Below are positions 62,473 through 64,000 of a stretch of 64,000 nt of DNA, piece by piece; position 1 is the first letter of the stretch, and every line of letters starts with the position of its first letter. The DNA lies in contig JAGIQG010000022.1 of NCBI GenBank assembly GCA_024679065.1, positions 22,816,001 through 22,880,000 of the forward strand, written 5' to 3'. A model generated the notes under the pieces. It saw only the letters and a list, made by a program, of their open reading frames with translations. It made no database searches and was not told the DNA's origin. This DNA comes from Sphyrna mokarran. Its lineage: Eukaryota. A program made the position numbers and the translations under genes.

Positions 62473-62994
62473 AATCCTTGTAACTGAGCAAAATAAGCAT
62501 TCATCTACATATTTTGTGCAATTTAAAATATCCTCACTCTGCTGTGAAATATCAAGTTGACTTCCGATAAAGAAGAAATCAAGGATAGCATGGATATATT
62601 TTCACTGTCTGATAGAAGGAAGCTGGCCACTGAGGAATCAAGGGTATATTAATAACAGAACACAACATCTTCTGCAACATCAGATGAGATCAGTAATAAG
62701 ACTTTGAGATTTTATCATCGAGGAACAAAATTTTGAGGTGATTTGTGTTGTGGGAAATGCATAAACTGTTCTTGAGAAATTGCATCATTATAAAAGAAAA
62801 CAGACTACTTTTTCCCTGTCAGTGTTGATATATTGAATTGTATAACATTTGATTTTATGATACCTGCAATGCTCACAGTTTCTTGTTATGAACTATATAT
62901 GGCTGAAGGCAATCTTCAAGTTGAGTCCAAGATTCTCAAACCTCCATCCTCTCTTCCTCTTTATACGTCAGTTCTTTGGGACTGAGGATGTATC

Positions 62995-63345
62995 ATAGAA
63001 TCACAGATTCCCTAAGGTACAGAAAGAGGGCCATTTGGCCCATCAAGTCTGCATGCACTCTTATACAGGCTTATCCCGTAACCGCACGTGTTTACTCCTT
63101 GATCTACATATATTTTGGCGCACCTTAGCATGGCCAATCAACCTAACCCGCACATCTTTGGACTGAAACCCGGAGAGCCAGGAGGAAACCCACACATGTA
63201 TGGGGAGGATGTGCAAACTCCACGTAGACAGTCACCCAAGGTGGGAATCCTGGTCCCTGGTCTCTGACGCTGTGAAGCAGCAGTGCTAACCACGGTGCAA
63301 CTGTGACAAAGAGGAAGATCAAAGTGCTAACGACTGTGCCACCCC
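62995..63345 (-). mobile_element. HE1-type V-SINE
   Basis: Reverse-complement head, core and tail; the head end (AGTGCTAAC..C.GTGC) is duplicated at 63282 and 63323. Confidence 0.8.
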
Positions 63346-63824
63346 AAATGTACCATTTAAACATACCATTTAAAGTTTTATGTCTTTTGGTGCAAGATTT
63401 GCTCTTTATTTTGTTTTATAATTTTCTTCTATTTTTCTTTGGGGTGTCTTTTAAAAATGAGTCAAGTGTTGGTTTGGGTCAGTTCTTAAAACATTAAAAA
63501 TCTGGAATCCAATTCTAACACACTTCCAGGGTTTAAGGAGGAGGGACAAGAAATGGACACCTAATTCTCCACTTGATCTTATGGCCAGCTGAAATGTTAA
63601 TCTATTAATCAGGACAAACTGTGAAGATACACACTGTGGATCTAAATCTTTCTTTTAATATGGAACTGACACAGTGGGAGGATTTTCCCATCACACATAC
63701 CAAGGGAATAGTAGAGGGCAAGGGGTGGGCCACACAAAGGTCTATTGACCTCGGGCTGGATTTTCTGGTCTTGGGGCAAGCATAGCTGGAAAATCCTATC
63801 CAGTATCTAACATGTGGCTGGCCC

Positions 63825-64000
63825 GGTGGCACAATGATTAGCATTGCTGCCTCTCAATGCCAGGGACACCAGTTCAATTCCCAGTTTGGGTGACTGTCTG
63901 TGTGGAATATGCACATTCTCCCCATGTCTGTCTGGGTTTCTTCCAGGTGCCCTGGTTTCCTCCCATAGTCCACAGATATACAGGTTAGGTGGATTGACTA
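63825..64000 (+). mobile_element. V-SINE running off the window end
   Basis: GGTGGCACAATGATTAGC head, CAGTTCAATTCC, core to GGTTAGGTGGATTG. Confidence 0.85.

Noticed and set aside
1-64000. The many 60-190 aa ORFs in the track as host genes
   Set aside because: Most overlap SINEs, antisense LINE strands or low-complexity DNA. None resembles a cellular protein I recognise, and there is no consistent exon chain.

Overview
Repeat-dense, AT-rich, CpG-depleted vertebrate DNA (intronic or intergenic). It is almost certainly from a shark, because it is full of HE1-type V-SINEs and their partner CR1 LINEs. I could not support any host protein-coding exon. The only long ORFs are the reverse-transcriptase parts of two young, 5'-truncated CR1 LINEs (14601-15832 and 19174-21038). 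The rest is a layered fossil record: more than 25 V-SINE copies with two alternative tails, two other tRNA-SINE families, Deu-type SINE fragments, old CR1/L2, Rex1 and Vingi-like LINE pieces, Penelope-like (PLE) GIY-YIG ends, a Gypsy LTR+gag remnant, solo-LTR candidates and Harbinger/hAT remnants. Most notable: (1) a young CR1 whose 3' UTR carries the V-SINE core domain without a tRNA head, inside one TSD pair; (2) short fold-back PLE-derived elements with minimal hammerhead ribozyme motifs in opposite orientations, two with clear TSDs, from three sequence families, one with a U3-A8 core variant; (3) nested insertions with readable TSDs; (4) two long near-perfect hairpins. Coordinates of old repeats are approximate, and family names come from motif recognition, not database searches.
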